64,000 bases of DNA from Zygnema circumcarinatum SAG 698-1b (Eukaryota; Plantae; Zygnematophyceae), in NCBI GenBank assembly GCA_037447605.1, contig CM074806.1, positions 3,596,001-3,660,000 of the forward strand. Direction: 5' to 3'. The notes under the pieces were generated by a model, which did no database searches, was not told the origin of the DNA, and saw only the letters and a list, made by a program, of their open reading frames with translations. The position numbers were made by a program, and so were the translations under genes. Below, piece after piece: positions 47,377 through 59,563 of this stretch. The first letter of the stretch is position 1; each line of letters begins with the position of its first letter.

Positions 47377-48135
47377 TGCATTCAGTTTGTGGGGCTCAAA
47401 GTTCGACATTCTTTAGTCGGTGGGTCGTATAGCTCAAACTACTCACAATAGAAGTGTGGATTGTCGTTAGTGAAATGTTCAAATATTCCTAGTATACATT
47501 GTTTGATAGAAGACAACTTACGTTTCGACTCTACGACATTTGAACGATGTAAGAAAAAGCATAGGGGAAAAAAAAATGCAGAGCCGGAATAACCGAACCC
47601 TACGAGGCTACGACCCAGCAGCGAGCCTCCCACAGTTCGGTTCTCTCTCTTTGCCATCACTTGCTCCTGACGCAAATCTCCTCGACATTAGCAAAAGCTA
47701 TATACGTTGCAGACCTCATCTTCCCCAAGCTAAATCTGAAGTATCGGAAGCTTATGTGAATCTCAGTCACACGTTGCCATTGGTGCTATGAAGTACCCTT
47801 CACTCACAGCCTCTCAAGCCAATTCCAGCTAAGCGATTTCCAAATTTAGCGAATCCCAAGTTATGTGAATTGCAAATAACGAAAAACGAACGAACATTAA
47901 TAACATGTGAATGAATGCGTAAAAGTATTGGTTTTGAAAGCCAAGTGGAAGAGATTTTGTTCTGCTTCACCAGTCCAAGGACTACATACCCCTCAAGCAT
48001 ACAATACTCACTAATCAAAAGTCATGTCAAATGCAATAAATTTCCATTGGTCTCACAATGGCGATGCCATCGAAGGTACATGCACAACAGCAACATGGAG
48101 ATCTACGAGGTCCTCACGTCGCAAACGGACCTAAA

Positions 48136-48529
48136 GACGAAAGGAAAAAGCTATGTCATGTCCGATGACCTCATGGGCCCATGGCTCATGGCCCCAGGCC
48201 ATGGGATGGTGGGACCATTCAGTCACCATGCCGGATGGTCCAGTGGTGGCTTACTAAAAAGTCAAAGTTACGTGTACGAATTCCGGGTCGGGATCCGCCG
48301 CTCCGGCGTAAACAGCCTTAACGAAATGCGTACTTAGCCAATGCTTAATTCGCCCGACAGGCTTACGAAATTGATTTGGCGATGGTCAAGGTCTGACTCC
48401 CCCTACCATGGACGATCCCATCCATCTTAAGGACGAAAGGAAAAAGCTATGTCATGTCCGATGACCTCATGGGCCCCATGCTCATGGCCATGGGATGGTG
48501 GAACCCTTCACCATGCCGGATGGTCCAGT
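48136..48529. repeat. Local direct repeat (48136-48244 and 48432-48529)
   Basis: GACGAAAGGAAAAAGCTATGTCATGTCCGATGACCTCATGGGCCC...CACCATGCCGGATGGTCCAGT occurs twice with small indels. Confidence 0.85.
48352..48403 (-). mobile_element. Relic terminus of the same MITE family as 62558-63107
   Basis: This 52-bp stretch matches the reverse complement of 62558-62609 with 3 mismatches and is followed by TA. Confidence 0.75.
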
Positions 48530-48753
48530 CTCCGCGATGTTCATGGCAAGCGTGTACGGCAGGATGGGTAAAATGCCCCTCCCCGACTCGGCTCCCGTCG
48601 CGCCATCCTGACCGTCCGTTGGCGGGTTACTTCATCCGACGGCAGGGAGCGGCCTGCTGGCAATGGCGCCCTGGTGAAAGGAGGGGCTGCTCTGCAGGGT
48701 GGCCCTCTTTCCCCGTCGCCGCCTTGCCCTATTGAGGCGCTCGCTCGGCAGCC

Positions 48754-51700
48754 ATGGTTGGAGCTCTAATCCTCCCGTGCATTATTAGCTTAGATATGTA
48801 CGTGGATTGTGCTGTTTAGTCTATGTAGGAGTTTGTCTCAGTCGTCGGAAGGCTATTGGACAGACAGGGCGTTCGGCAGTTAAAACTTAGGGTTAGGGGG
48901 AGTTTTTCCGGACTTTTTTTTGGTCAGTTTTACTTAATGAGATTTGTAATTTTTTGGTTATGAGGTTTTGGCTCTAGCTCTGGCTGGCTAGTCGCTTCCC
49001 GAGGCAAGCAAGATTAGGGTTTTTTTTTAATGCTTGTGTGGAATTTGCTGAGAGTCGTTTTGTAACCCTCCTTGTTGCCATTGAATTTGCGGTTGAGGGA
49101 TGCAGTTGATCCCGAAGAAGAACCGTGTGGAGGTCTACAAGTATCTTTTCAAAGGTGAGAATTGTAACTCACTTTCGGCGGAAGTATACATTGAACTTGT
49201 TTATGCCGTTCTGAGCGTACCCCGGTAGCTCTTTCAGGATTTCCCGGCATAAAGTGACAAAATGTTAGAAACCCTATTCTGACATTCCGTCATGCCTTTT
49301 TTTGTCTCCATAAAGTATAAAACAGTAGAATCGTTTCTAATTCCTTCCTAGCACATCGAAATCATCTCGGTTTAGGGCTTGAACTTCTCTTGGCTGATTG
49401 ACAATCCTAGAAAACCCTGATCTGCTGATGTTTTAGCAGAAAAGTAGATAGCTTGTCACAGCTATTGGTGTGTCTAACCTTGTGACGACGCAGCATTGTA
49501 AATATTGGGTTCGACCATTGAGCCCATTTTGCTGCCCGTCGCCCCTCCGTTTAAGTCCTTATGCACTTGCAGAATTCTGCCCTAAAACCTTTCTCCGCTT
49601 CTAGAAAGTGAATATGCGTGTTACCCATAACAAGTAAAGGGGCACAACCTATTTCAGAACGCACAGGTCTGGTCACTAGTTGTTCAACATGGGCTTCGTG
49701 CTGCACAGCACTAGCTAAACTTGTAATTACGGTTGAAGCTTAAGAGTGTCCTACCTTTATGTTTAACCGCCGTTGAGAGTGTATACCATATTGAATATTG
49801 TGTTGAAATGCGGTAATGCTGTCTTGCAGAGGGGGTTCTTTACGCGAAGAAGGACTTCAATGCACCCAAGCATCCAGAGATTGAAGTCCCTAATCTTCAG
49901 GTAGGTGAACGTAATCACATTACTCGCGCTGCATGCAGCATGTTATGATTGTATGTTTTGGGCAAGTCGTTCGTTGGATATTACTGCCTACCAGCTGTAA
50001 AACGTAACAGCCATAGTGTGGAGCACTAAAGAGTAACTATTACATCACTTGAAACAAACACACAAGCAAACTCCCCTGAGAGAAGTGTTTCCGTTCTCTC
50101 GGCTTCTCTACAGTTTAAATCCAGCGTGGCTAGGCCGTTAAAGCTTGGACGAAGGTTTCCCATGACCATGAGTTTCCCCAAAAATTGAAGCAGCATTGGT
50201 GTTGGCTTTTGTTACTCTAGCTAGATTCAATGGTGCATGAAATTCCTGTCGCTCATTTTTGATGAAGCATTATTTTTCATTTTTTTCGGGAATAATTAGT
50301 CAAACACTATTGCTGCATGTTGGATGTTGCTTGTAAAGTTTGTTTCTCTGGGAGTCAGGGTTTTGTTATCATGGTTGATCATTCATGCGTTAAACAGCTG
50401 TAGTGATTAGTTTAATGTTACATGTTTCTTCAAAGGTACTTCGATACCTAACTGTTTACGGTTTTGTATGTAAAGGGGTCTAAGCTCGAGGTCTAAGCTG
50501 TATGTTCAAGTTGCTGCCTACCTTGTCTCGAAGATGTCTTTAGCATTTCACTTTTACCATAATTGTGTAAACCGTAAATTTTGAATGTCCTCACGAGTGC
50601 CACTACACCAAGCTGTCCAGTGAAAAACTAATTTTCTACCGTTTGTCATGTGTTTAGCATGTGACATTGTGCCATGAGCTTGCATGTGCCTCACTTTCAT
50701 TTGACACGGATTTCGACTTCTGGTTTTCGGTGCTATAGCAGCAAATTGTGTTTCTTCTTGAAGATTTGTTTCAGTACAACAAATAAGAGTGGGTAGTAAT
50801 CATTATATTAGCTGGGAGTATTGAAACGCAAGCTTAGTTTTACGTGAACTTTTGTACAGGACAGCACCTTGTTTCCTTGTGAAGATAACTTGCCTTGATG
50901 TCGAATTGTATGAAGACTAATGCTGGAAATTCCTTTACAATATACTGGGAAAACCTATTTCTTTTTTCTACTACAAGCATACAAACCTGTGAAACTTTCA
51001 AATTTGAATTCTAGCTAGTTGCTGTTGTTCACTTTACCACATTGCTTCATGAACTGCTTCATGAACACTGAAGGTTGGCGTTCCTTTCTTAAGTTTGCAT
51101 TCATTTTTCATGACTGGGGACATGGAGACATTATTTCCGAAATCCGATATTTTCCGCTTTCTGGCTTTGACTCAGATAAACATGGAGTGTTTCGACCTTG
51201 AAGCTGGCTAGGTTGATGCGGCTAGTACCTGCAAGTCACTGGAGCGTGTAGCAGTCTGAATCGCGCACCAAACTTATCGACCCTTTCTTGTTTGCTGCGC
51301 TTCATTTTCTGTTTTTGCAGGTGATCAAGTTGATGCAGAGTTTCAAATCTAAGGAGTATGTGCGGGAGTCTTTCGCGTGGAGGCACTACTACTGGTACCT
51401 CACAAATGAGGGCATTGAGTACCTCCGTACTTTCCTTAATCTGCCTTCTGAAATTGTCCCGGCTACCCTGAAGAAGTCAGCACGTCCAGCTGGACGGCCA
51501 ATGGGAGGCCCACCAGGCGGCGATCGGGGGGCAAGGTACGGATCTTGCGAGGAACGGGCAATAGAGAGACAAAGAAGGCGCCATCTAGTTTGGGTTTTCA
51601 AAGCTGCTTTGGACTCTCCCATTCATGAGTTTCTGCCCAATATCTCTGGAGTTTTACTCGTCAGTCTTTTTTTGTCGACCATTTTTCTTGAGAAAATAAG

Positions 51701-52547
51701 CAGAATTAGACAGGCAGGCTCAGGTACAGGTCCAATAAGAATAACATTCAATCACCTTAATCGATGCAGCGCAACCTCGGCCCCCCTCCTTGAAATTCTA
51801 TTTTGGCCTCTTTCCAAAGGAATTTTAATGGAAGAAATCGTGTAGGAATAAGTATCGTTGAGATAGGGTTTTTGGTGACTGTTGACTCGATGTATCATTG
51901 GAAAATATATTAGGGCTTTTATAGGGATATCTTATTTGAAGCCCATGCGGGATTAAAGTACGCTGGATTTTATGACAGGTAGTTAGCCATTCATGAGATG
52001 CCCTTTTCCTCGTTATCGTTTGATCTCAGACTTCTCGTTTTCTGTTTTGCAGGCCTCCTCGTGATGGTGATCGTCCTCGATTCGGGGATCGTGAAGGCTA
52101 CCGTTCAGGCGCACCCGGGGCTGGATACGGAGAGAAGAGCGGACCTCCTGGGGCCGGATACGGAGAGAAGAGTGGAGCGCCCGGAGCTTTCCGCCCGTCC
52201 TTCCGGGACGTGAGTGCATGCAATTGATGCGGAAAAACACTTCTACCTTAACATTTTTGCGACAATTTCATTGTTAGATCAGAAGTGACAGCTTGTAGAA
52301 GTGGCATCAGGATGAAGCCACAGCTGCTTAATTTATACCGTCTACAGTACGAGATTGGGGGACACACAAAGTCTGCATTCTACCTTTCTCTGTCCTTGAA
52401 ATTTGCCTTGTTGTTTGTTTGCTCTTTTAGCATCTCGGACTGACACTGTTATGTATGTGGCAGGGTGCGGGCCGGGGTGGCTTTGGCCGCGGCGGCGGCG
52501 GCTTCGGGGGCGAGAGTGCAGGTGCAATTGGGGCTCCAGCTGAGTAA
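48754..52547 (+). CDS. RPS10: 40S ribosomal protein S10 (eS10), 6 coding exons
   Basis: Exons 48754-48756 (ATG only), 49106-49154, 49830-49900, 51321-51535, 52053-52209 and 52464-52547 give [93 protein letters not shown], followed by an RG-rich tail. Confidence 0.97.
48887..49276. promoter_or_regulatory. Telo-box motifs in the first two introns of RPS10
   Basis: TTAGGGTTAGGG at 48887-48898, TAGGGTTT at 49015-49022 and AAACCCTA at 49269-49276. Telo-boxes are characteristic of plant translation-machinery genes. Confidence 0.5.
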
Positions 52548-53271
52548 AGGCTGCCTAGGGTGGCTATGCTGTGCATGGCCAACACGGGACAAAGGCGCTC
52601 TTTGTAAAGTTTTTGGGGCAAGATTCAATCTTATCTCTCAGAGCAGGGCAACTGGAAGGGATGGGCGTGGAATGCGCCATGAGCTGTTGCTCTTTGTCTG
52701 TGATTTGACTCTGATTTACACCGCTTGCGTATCTACCGCGTTGGATTCATTGGGATTGAAGCGTAAAGCTCAGCAACGCCGTCCGACAAACTTTCACCTA
52801 TAGCTAATCTCTAAATTGAATTCCGGGTAGGCTGCTATTCAGGATTTCCGGACCAGGCCTCGTGCAATCCCCCCATGCTGTTGTACAACCTTAACCTTAT
52901 GCCATATTTGACGAACACTGCCAAGCACAGTTCCATGTTCTGTCAAACACGATTGCAAGAGTCTGCAGTCCACCGAAAGTCCCAAGCGCTGGTCCCATCA
53001 AACAAATCGATGAGGCGCTCTCCGTACAATGTACTATAAAGGCACGGATAAAATATGTACGAGAGTACGGTACATACATTTTCCGTACACCGTCTCCCCC
53101 TTTTTACAGGTGACACGTGGCAGCCCTCCGCGCCTCTCGCAGCCGCAAGAAAGGGGAGCGAGCGAGGAGGCGAGGGCGCACGTGGCACCCTCTGCGCTGC
53201 CGCGGCCTGGGAGCGCGCCACGTGGCATGCGGCGAGGGAAGGGGAGGGCGCGGGGTTGAGGGGAGGGCAAA

Positions 53272-53327
53272 GAGAGGGAGAGGGAGAGGGAGAGGGAGAG
53301 GGAGAGGGAGAGGGAAAGGGAGAGGGA
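53272..53327. repeat. (GAGAGG)n purine microsatellite in the leader of the SLH-domain gene
   Basis: Tandem GAGAGG units seen directly. Confidence 0.9.
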
Positions 53328-53346
53328 GCATGCTGCAGCGCCGCAG

Positions 53347-56300
53347 ATGGGCTCCCGCGCAGGCGCTGCTGCAAGGCTCTGGCCTGGCCGGGCTGCGGCA
53401 CCCGGCGCAGGGCCGGTGTACAGCAGGCGGAGGGCCTTGACTCCCGCAGAAAGAAATGAATTCTTGAGGCATTTCTGCTCGAGCCCCTGGCACAAGGCGT
53501 TTGCGAGCTCCATCTTCGGCGATGAAGTGCCTGCCTTTTTGAGAAAGTCCGGGAGGAAGGGCAAGCTACAGACAAGGGCGGGGCTGGGAGGTCATTCTCC
53601 AAAGTTGTCAAAGAAAGCAGGAGCCCCTTTGGTGAACGGAAGCAGGGATGCCTTGGGGATGTCTGGTAAAATGGAGCAGAAGGATTCTGTACATAGAAAA
53701 CACGTGTCCAATGGCACACTTCAGAAAAAGTTTGCTGGATTTGAAACGTGGTTGCCAGTAGCTATTGAAGACGATGGATACGGAGGCTGGAGCGCAGCTA
53801 TTTACCGTGACGCGCCGTCTTTCCGCTTAAGACTGCATCCAAGTAGGCTAACCTCCTGCTCGTTCTCTCTGGCGGCTAAAAAAAGACACGTACATGTGAA
53901 GGTCCTGAAGTATGACATGCATTTAACGCTGAGCATAACATGCAGTTCTTTTCCTCGTATCTAATGAGAGGTTTAGGGGTAATGCCAGATAATGCCGAAT
54001 CAATCAATGTGCTCGGGAAGGAAGGAAATTTCTGTGAAACTCTGTTTCTGTATCTGAAGTTATTTTCCTTTAGCAGCCACCGCAATGACGGTAAACTTAT
54101 GAGGTCAGGACACTGTGTCTAGCTCGCAAAGAAGGGTTGCAATCCTGATTTGTTCAAGAAAATTCCAAACGTTTTTTTTTGTGATAATACGTCGACACCG
54201 CTGAGCTGAGTTCAGCTGGTAACAGATAAGTTTTTGCCTGTAAAGAATTATGTAATCTTGTGAGCACACATGGACCGGTGCTTTTGTCTCTTGTTCTGAA
54301 TTCATGCACAACGGGAGTCTGGATTGTTTCGAAGAAAAGAAAAACTTGCCAAAAGAAAAAGAATTCCGTATGCAACAATGCCATTTCCAGCACCCTTTTT
54401 AGGAAACATTGGTGAATGAATCTTTAAAAAGATAAAAGATAAATTAAAGATATCTATACATATATTAAATAATAATATAATCATTAATTTGTATCATAAT
54501 TTAAAAGATAGAGGAAAGATAAAATGCCTTGCAAGTGTCATGAATTTCAAATTTTGTCGGCGATTTTCCAATCCTCATTATGTCACGCAACTCTCCTTCA
54601 TACCATAGCCATTGGCTTTTTAAACTTCAAAGAGACGCTCATGAATCTGTAGCCCAAGTGTGTATATTTGGGACCACACTGCATGTAATTGCACATTGTG
54701 ATCGCTTGGCTTTCATGAAACAAGATGTTTCTAGTGCTAACGTCTGCTTGAGCCCAATGGGACGACATGCAGGGGTATTGGGAGCGGCATTTATTGTGGC
54801 AACATTGGCCGCTGCCACCTGGCAAGTACGGCAGAGAGGCCACATTGCAGGTAAGGCAAACGACAGCCTTCGGCACATGGCCGCCATCACTTGTTGGTTG
54901 CGAGTGAGCTTCAATGAACGGAAGGGGAGTTTTGCTCCTTAAAAGGGGAATAAGTTGGCAAGAATCTGTCAGTTCGATCCATGCACTTTTGATCAGGAGA
55001 TTGCGGATATCTGGAAAGACTTTAGAGTTGAGACTACTTCCATACTTTAATAACCGGTAAAGTCTTTATTTCTTAGAGAGGCTGGTTTGGATTAGTTTCA
55101 CCATTGACCTGGATATCGGTTCGCTTGCATGTTTGCTACTTGGTTCTACACATGCTCACCATAGCCGAGGAAAAAAACGATGTTGATGCGATTGAAGCTT
55201 GGACAGGTTGGAGACCGGCATTCCCGCCAGCAGCTGTACAACTCCTCACAAGGGATACGGGGCACACGGGACAGCCTCAGGAGTTGCCACCTTCCACTGG
55301 TAAGGCTAATCCTTCAACTGACACTCTTCTTAGCGTGGCAGTTTAGTGGGAACAAGGCATGGGAGGGATACTATGGTGGGTCACTATTAGAAGAAAAGCA
55401 GAAGGGTTTACTCACACTGCTTTGGATTTGAACAATTTGCGCTAATGGAAGTTGCAGCGGGGAATGGCTGGCTATCCTTGTCTCAACTCAACGCACCCCT
55501 CCACCCCACGTGACTATTTTTTTCTATATCCTTGTCAACTTTCGCTTTTCTCGGATTTTCCTGCTCACCACAACTTGTTTTGTCTTGTCTTGTCTTGTCT
55601 TGTCTTTTTTTGGAGAAGTCAATGTAAGCTGGGAAATAAAGAGGAACAGTAGATGACTAACCCCTGCCCTGAATGGTTTTGGGGTTTTTTGGTGCGCAGA
55701 AGAGACGGAGAAACGGGATGAGGTAGAAGCGGTACAGGAAACCCTGGCAGATGAGGAGGAAAAACCAGTTCAGGCGGAAAGCCAAGAGGAGGATATACTC
55801 AGAGCGGCGGAGCTGAAAGTTGCCGTTCGAGCTCTACCTGACCCCAGTCAAGCGCTAATATTGAAGGCGCTGCAAAGCTTGGAGGTACGAAGGGCTGTTT
55901 GTATCATTTTGAGCCATTATCGGAGAATTTGGTGAGAACTTGAGTCATATAGAATCTGAGTGTCTTATAAGTTGGGGATGGAAGGGCGGATTCGGATGGT
56001 ACTTAATGATACTTGTTCTTTAGTGTGTAAACTGCTCTGCAATGTACCTCTTTGCAAATGTGATTAGATTTGGTTTCACTTTTGGCGCTTAAGTGAAAGC
56101 CTCTAGGATAGCAACGGGAACTGCATAAGGTGGCCTATGGTTTGGGAAACTTATTAAGTGCTCTGTATCATCACCTTCGATGCGTCTTTATTTGAAACTG
56201 GCGAGATTGGTGGTAGCCCAAAGGCAAGCTACTTAGTACTTTCACTCCTTCTGCCCACTATACGTTAGCTGCGTTAGGCTCGTCCATTGTCATGCCATAT

Positions 56301-59300
56301 AGCTCCATGCCTCCCTGCATTGTGCGTAGGTGGTGGATGCTGTAGATGGAGCTGCTCTCTGCACGCGGAGAGATTATGCGCGGTGGCTGGTGAAGTCTTG
56401 CCTCAAGTTATCCAGGTACATGGGGCTGACTTGTTCTTCACGCCTCCCATTGAAACTCGTTGCATTGACACCCCAGAGAGTTTACGATGCAGTGTAACGG
56501 ACAAGGGTGTGTCACTTGCTTCTTTACGGTTTTTGAACTGTTTCCTTCACCAAGCCCCTTCAGACTGAGAGCCTAAGCATGGACAACTTAAACGCTTCTA
56601 CAGTGCAGCGTGAATTTAAGTTTGACTGTGCTTCAGCCCTTGGTGCGAGTGCAAAATACATGGATTAAGCGACGGTCTCTGCCTTCACATGCAGCAATTC
56701 TGCAACTAGGGTGTATCCCTCCATGTACGTCGAGCACATCACGGAAGTGGCGTTTGCGGATGTGACCCCAGAAGATCCTGACTTTGTCTATATTCAAGGT
56801 GAGAAAGAACCTCTTTTTCTTCAGTGGGATCATTCGCTTCCCGCAGTGCAGGCAGAGCACGAGCATCATGCGGCTTGAAGCTGATGGCCTGCAGGGGCAT
56901 GACTACCAGGGCTCGCTGAAGCTGGCATTGTGGACAGCAGGCTCATGGATGCAGACATAGAGAGAGGAGGGGACGTAGCACTGCACTTCAACCCTGACAG
57001 GTTGCTTTCATCCAGCCGATTTTTCCATTTTGCGGTCCAAAAGCAGATGTCACCAGGCTTTGTTTGAACTTAGGAACTCCACTGCAGAATGTAAATTGTC
57101 ATCGTTGGCACGCTTGAAGTGGGGCTGACTGCAGTGTTTGTCTGTGATGAGCTTGGTGGGGGGAACAGTCCTTTGAGACGGCGAGATCTCATTGAATGGA
57201 GGATAGCTCTGGAGAGCTGCAGCGAGTCATCTGTCTCTGTTGAGGTGAGATGCGTTTCTTTTGGTCTCCTTTCTGCCTGCTTGCGATCGGGCTGGGCCAG
57301 ACCGTGAACTTGACCGGTGATGATGCCCTATAAAGTCACGCGGAACAGTTTTGGTTGCTAAGAATAAGTCCATAGGACGCTTTCTAGTTTTATTCAAGAC
57401 CTAACCTGAACGTTAGCATGGGTCGGTCGATTTGAAAAAACTGTGCTGGACCAGCGAAGGCTAGGGGACCCTGTTGCCTGCTCTGCCTATCCTTCATCTC
57501 ACATTATGAGGAGCTTTCTGAAAATCTATATTGCTGGCTACTTTGCAAAGTCCGATTCATAGCCTGGACCCGCATTTCACCATAACGGGAGTTATAGATA
57601 ATCTCAGCGCAATGAAGGATGTCTGTTGATTGATACCCCTTGTTGTCTCGCCAAACCATTGTTGACATACTTGAAGTGCATGCATGAGGTGTATGAGTTG
57701 GAGAGCGGCGCTTTACCGTCTCAGAGCTTGGGCCACTTGCTGCAGGATGTGGCATCAGAGTGCGGAATTTTGGATGCTGGCGAGCTGAAAGCGGAGCTCC
57801 TACCGGCCGTGCTGCAGGATTTGCAAGCGGGGGCCGACAGCGTCATTGCTGCAACCTTCGGTCTGCTCTCTCCAGCCATGTGCCGACTGCCTGTTGTTGT
57901 GTATGGGTGAAGTGGGTTGTGCAAATGCTTCATTATTTTGTTCAATCATGGCTCTAGTATGTCAGGTCACGTCGTATCTTGTGATGCCTCCTGGGTTATG
58001 CTGTATCATGCTATACTACCATCTCATGCTGATTTTGCATTACCAAACAATGCCATCCTGGGAGGAATGCAGGCTCCACTCGTCTCCTTCATCCTGAAAT
58101 GGTAGTCACATGTCAGCAGGCAGCTGCTAGTCTTTCAGCCGGACGGCCTGCAGCGGAGGTTGCCGAGCATAGCCTTCAAATGGAGATGGAGGCAATGGCT
58201 TCTGAAGAGGCAGCAAGGGCAGCATACAGGGCAGAGCTCAAGGAGGAACTGCAATGTGTTGAAGCAGAAATCGTACGGGAGAGGACAGCAGCTGAGGCGG
58301 CTCAGCTCGCACGGGCAACCGAACTGGAGGCGCTGCGTGAGGGGCTGTTTGCCCTGCATGATGGATCATGTGAAGTGACTGCTCAGAAGGTGTGATGGTG
58401 CATGCTCCATGGCTGGTTGGACAATGTCATTGTCCTTTCCGTATTCACATTCTGAATCGAACCGCAATGTCAATATGGGCATCCTAAAAATGCGTTGCAC
58501 TTATCTGTGATGGTTTCTGTATTGCGATTGCAGGTTGTAGTTGATGCCATACTTCATGCTGTGGAGGCGAAACGAAACAAAGCAGAGGAACAGCTGAACA
58601 GGATCAAACTCGAGGTTGAAGCAGTGGCCGAGGAGTACTCGACTGTACAGAGCGAAATCGAAGTACTGACGACCAGCTTGACAGAGGATGGTCACGAGAA
58701 ACAGAGGCTTGTGGAGCTACGAGATGCAATCGTTTCCCTCAGGTAGGCCTTCGTTGGAAAAGGAACATGGATATTGAATCTTCATGGCTGCTGTATGAAA
58801 ATCTTAGCCTGTGTGAACCCTATCCAATCAAATTTAACAGTAAAGACCTTATGGTCTTCTTGGAATCTGATGGGGGCGTCTCCTAGTGCAAGGGAAGATT
58901 TTGTTTGAATTGTATCTGGCGGTTATTCGGGAGCAGATGCCAAGGAAGAATAAACAAAGCTATGATTTGCTGCACAGCCAGGGAAATGTTTGCTTGTACT
59001 GTAGTAGGTCCGGGATGGTGGTCCTTTTTGGTGAAGAAACTAAGAGCGAATCCTGCTTGGTACATGAAAATTTCTCTGTCCGATGTTAGTGAATGAAAAC
59101 CCAAGAGAAGATGGAAGATGCACATGCCTTTCTTTTTGCAGGGACTGTCCAAACCTGCAGTCATGTTGAAAGAACATAACGACTCCATGAATTTATAGCC
59201 AAAAAGCCTTTAGCGTTCTGAAGCATAAGCAATGACAATTTGTAACTGCCCGCAATGTAATGCAGGTCTGAGGCAGAAGCCCTCGCCCGAGCCAAGCAGG

Positions 59301-59563
59301 AGGAGGTCGGCCAACTGGTGAGCAAGAATGCGGCTGCAGAGTATGCGATTATGAAGGCGAGGACAGGGCCTGCCAGATCTTCACGGTGGACTTCTTCGGA
59401 GGCAAACGGGAGCGTGCTGAGGCAGACCTTGAGGTCGTTGAGCAGGTGGGCCGAGGCAGCAGGCCGCGCTGCAAGCAGACTTATGGAGGCAACAGATGAG
59501 AAGGCTCGAGCGATCCAAACCCGACTGGGGGAGAAGCCTGGAGAGCAGGGAGTGAAGGTTTGA
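53347..59563 (+). CDS. Plant S-layer-homology (SLH) domain and coiled-coil protein, At5g23890/At5g52410-like, multi-exon
   Basis: Transit-peptide-like exon 1 and a TM-like GVLGAAFIVATLAAATWQV segment. Later exons encode LKVAVRALPDPSQALILKALQSLEVVDAVDGAALCTRRDYARWLV, VYPSMYVEHITEVAFADVTPEDPDFVYIQG and SPLRRRDLIEWRIALE, then E/A-rich coiled-coil exons ending GEQGVKV* at 59563. The start is uncertain. Confidence 0.75.
55580..55604. repeat. (TTGTC)5 microsatellite, intronic
   Basis: Seen directly. Confidence 0.9.

Larger units (their letters stand above)
46057..48155. repeat. Diverged direct repeats of about 111 bp (46057-46167 and 48045-48155), with a more decayed partial copy at 46202-46245
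   Basis: Both copies read CATTGGTCTCAC-ATGGCGATGCCAT...GGTACATGCAC...CAACATG...GTCGCAA...GACGAAAGGAAAA(A)GCTATG, roughly 75-80% identical by eye. Confidence 0.75.

Noticed and set aside
49155-52463. Intronic snoRNAs in the long RPS10 introns
   Set aside because: Only isolated TGATGA or CTGA words were seen, with no properly spaced C/D pair and terminal stem identifiable by eye. A snoRNA covariance search would be needed.
52943-53719. Overlapping 107-258-aa ORFs with PSPSPS, GEGEGE, RGRGRG or LSLSLS runs
   Set aside because: They are artefacts of the (GAGAGG)n microsatellite.
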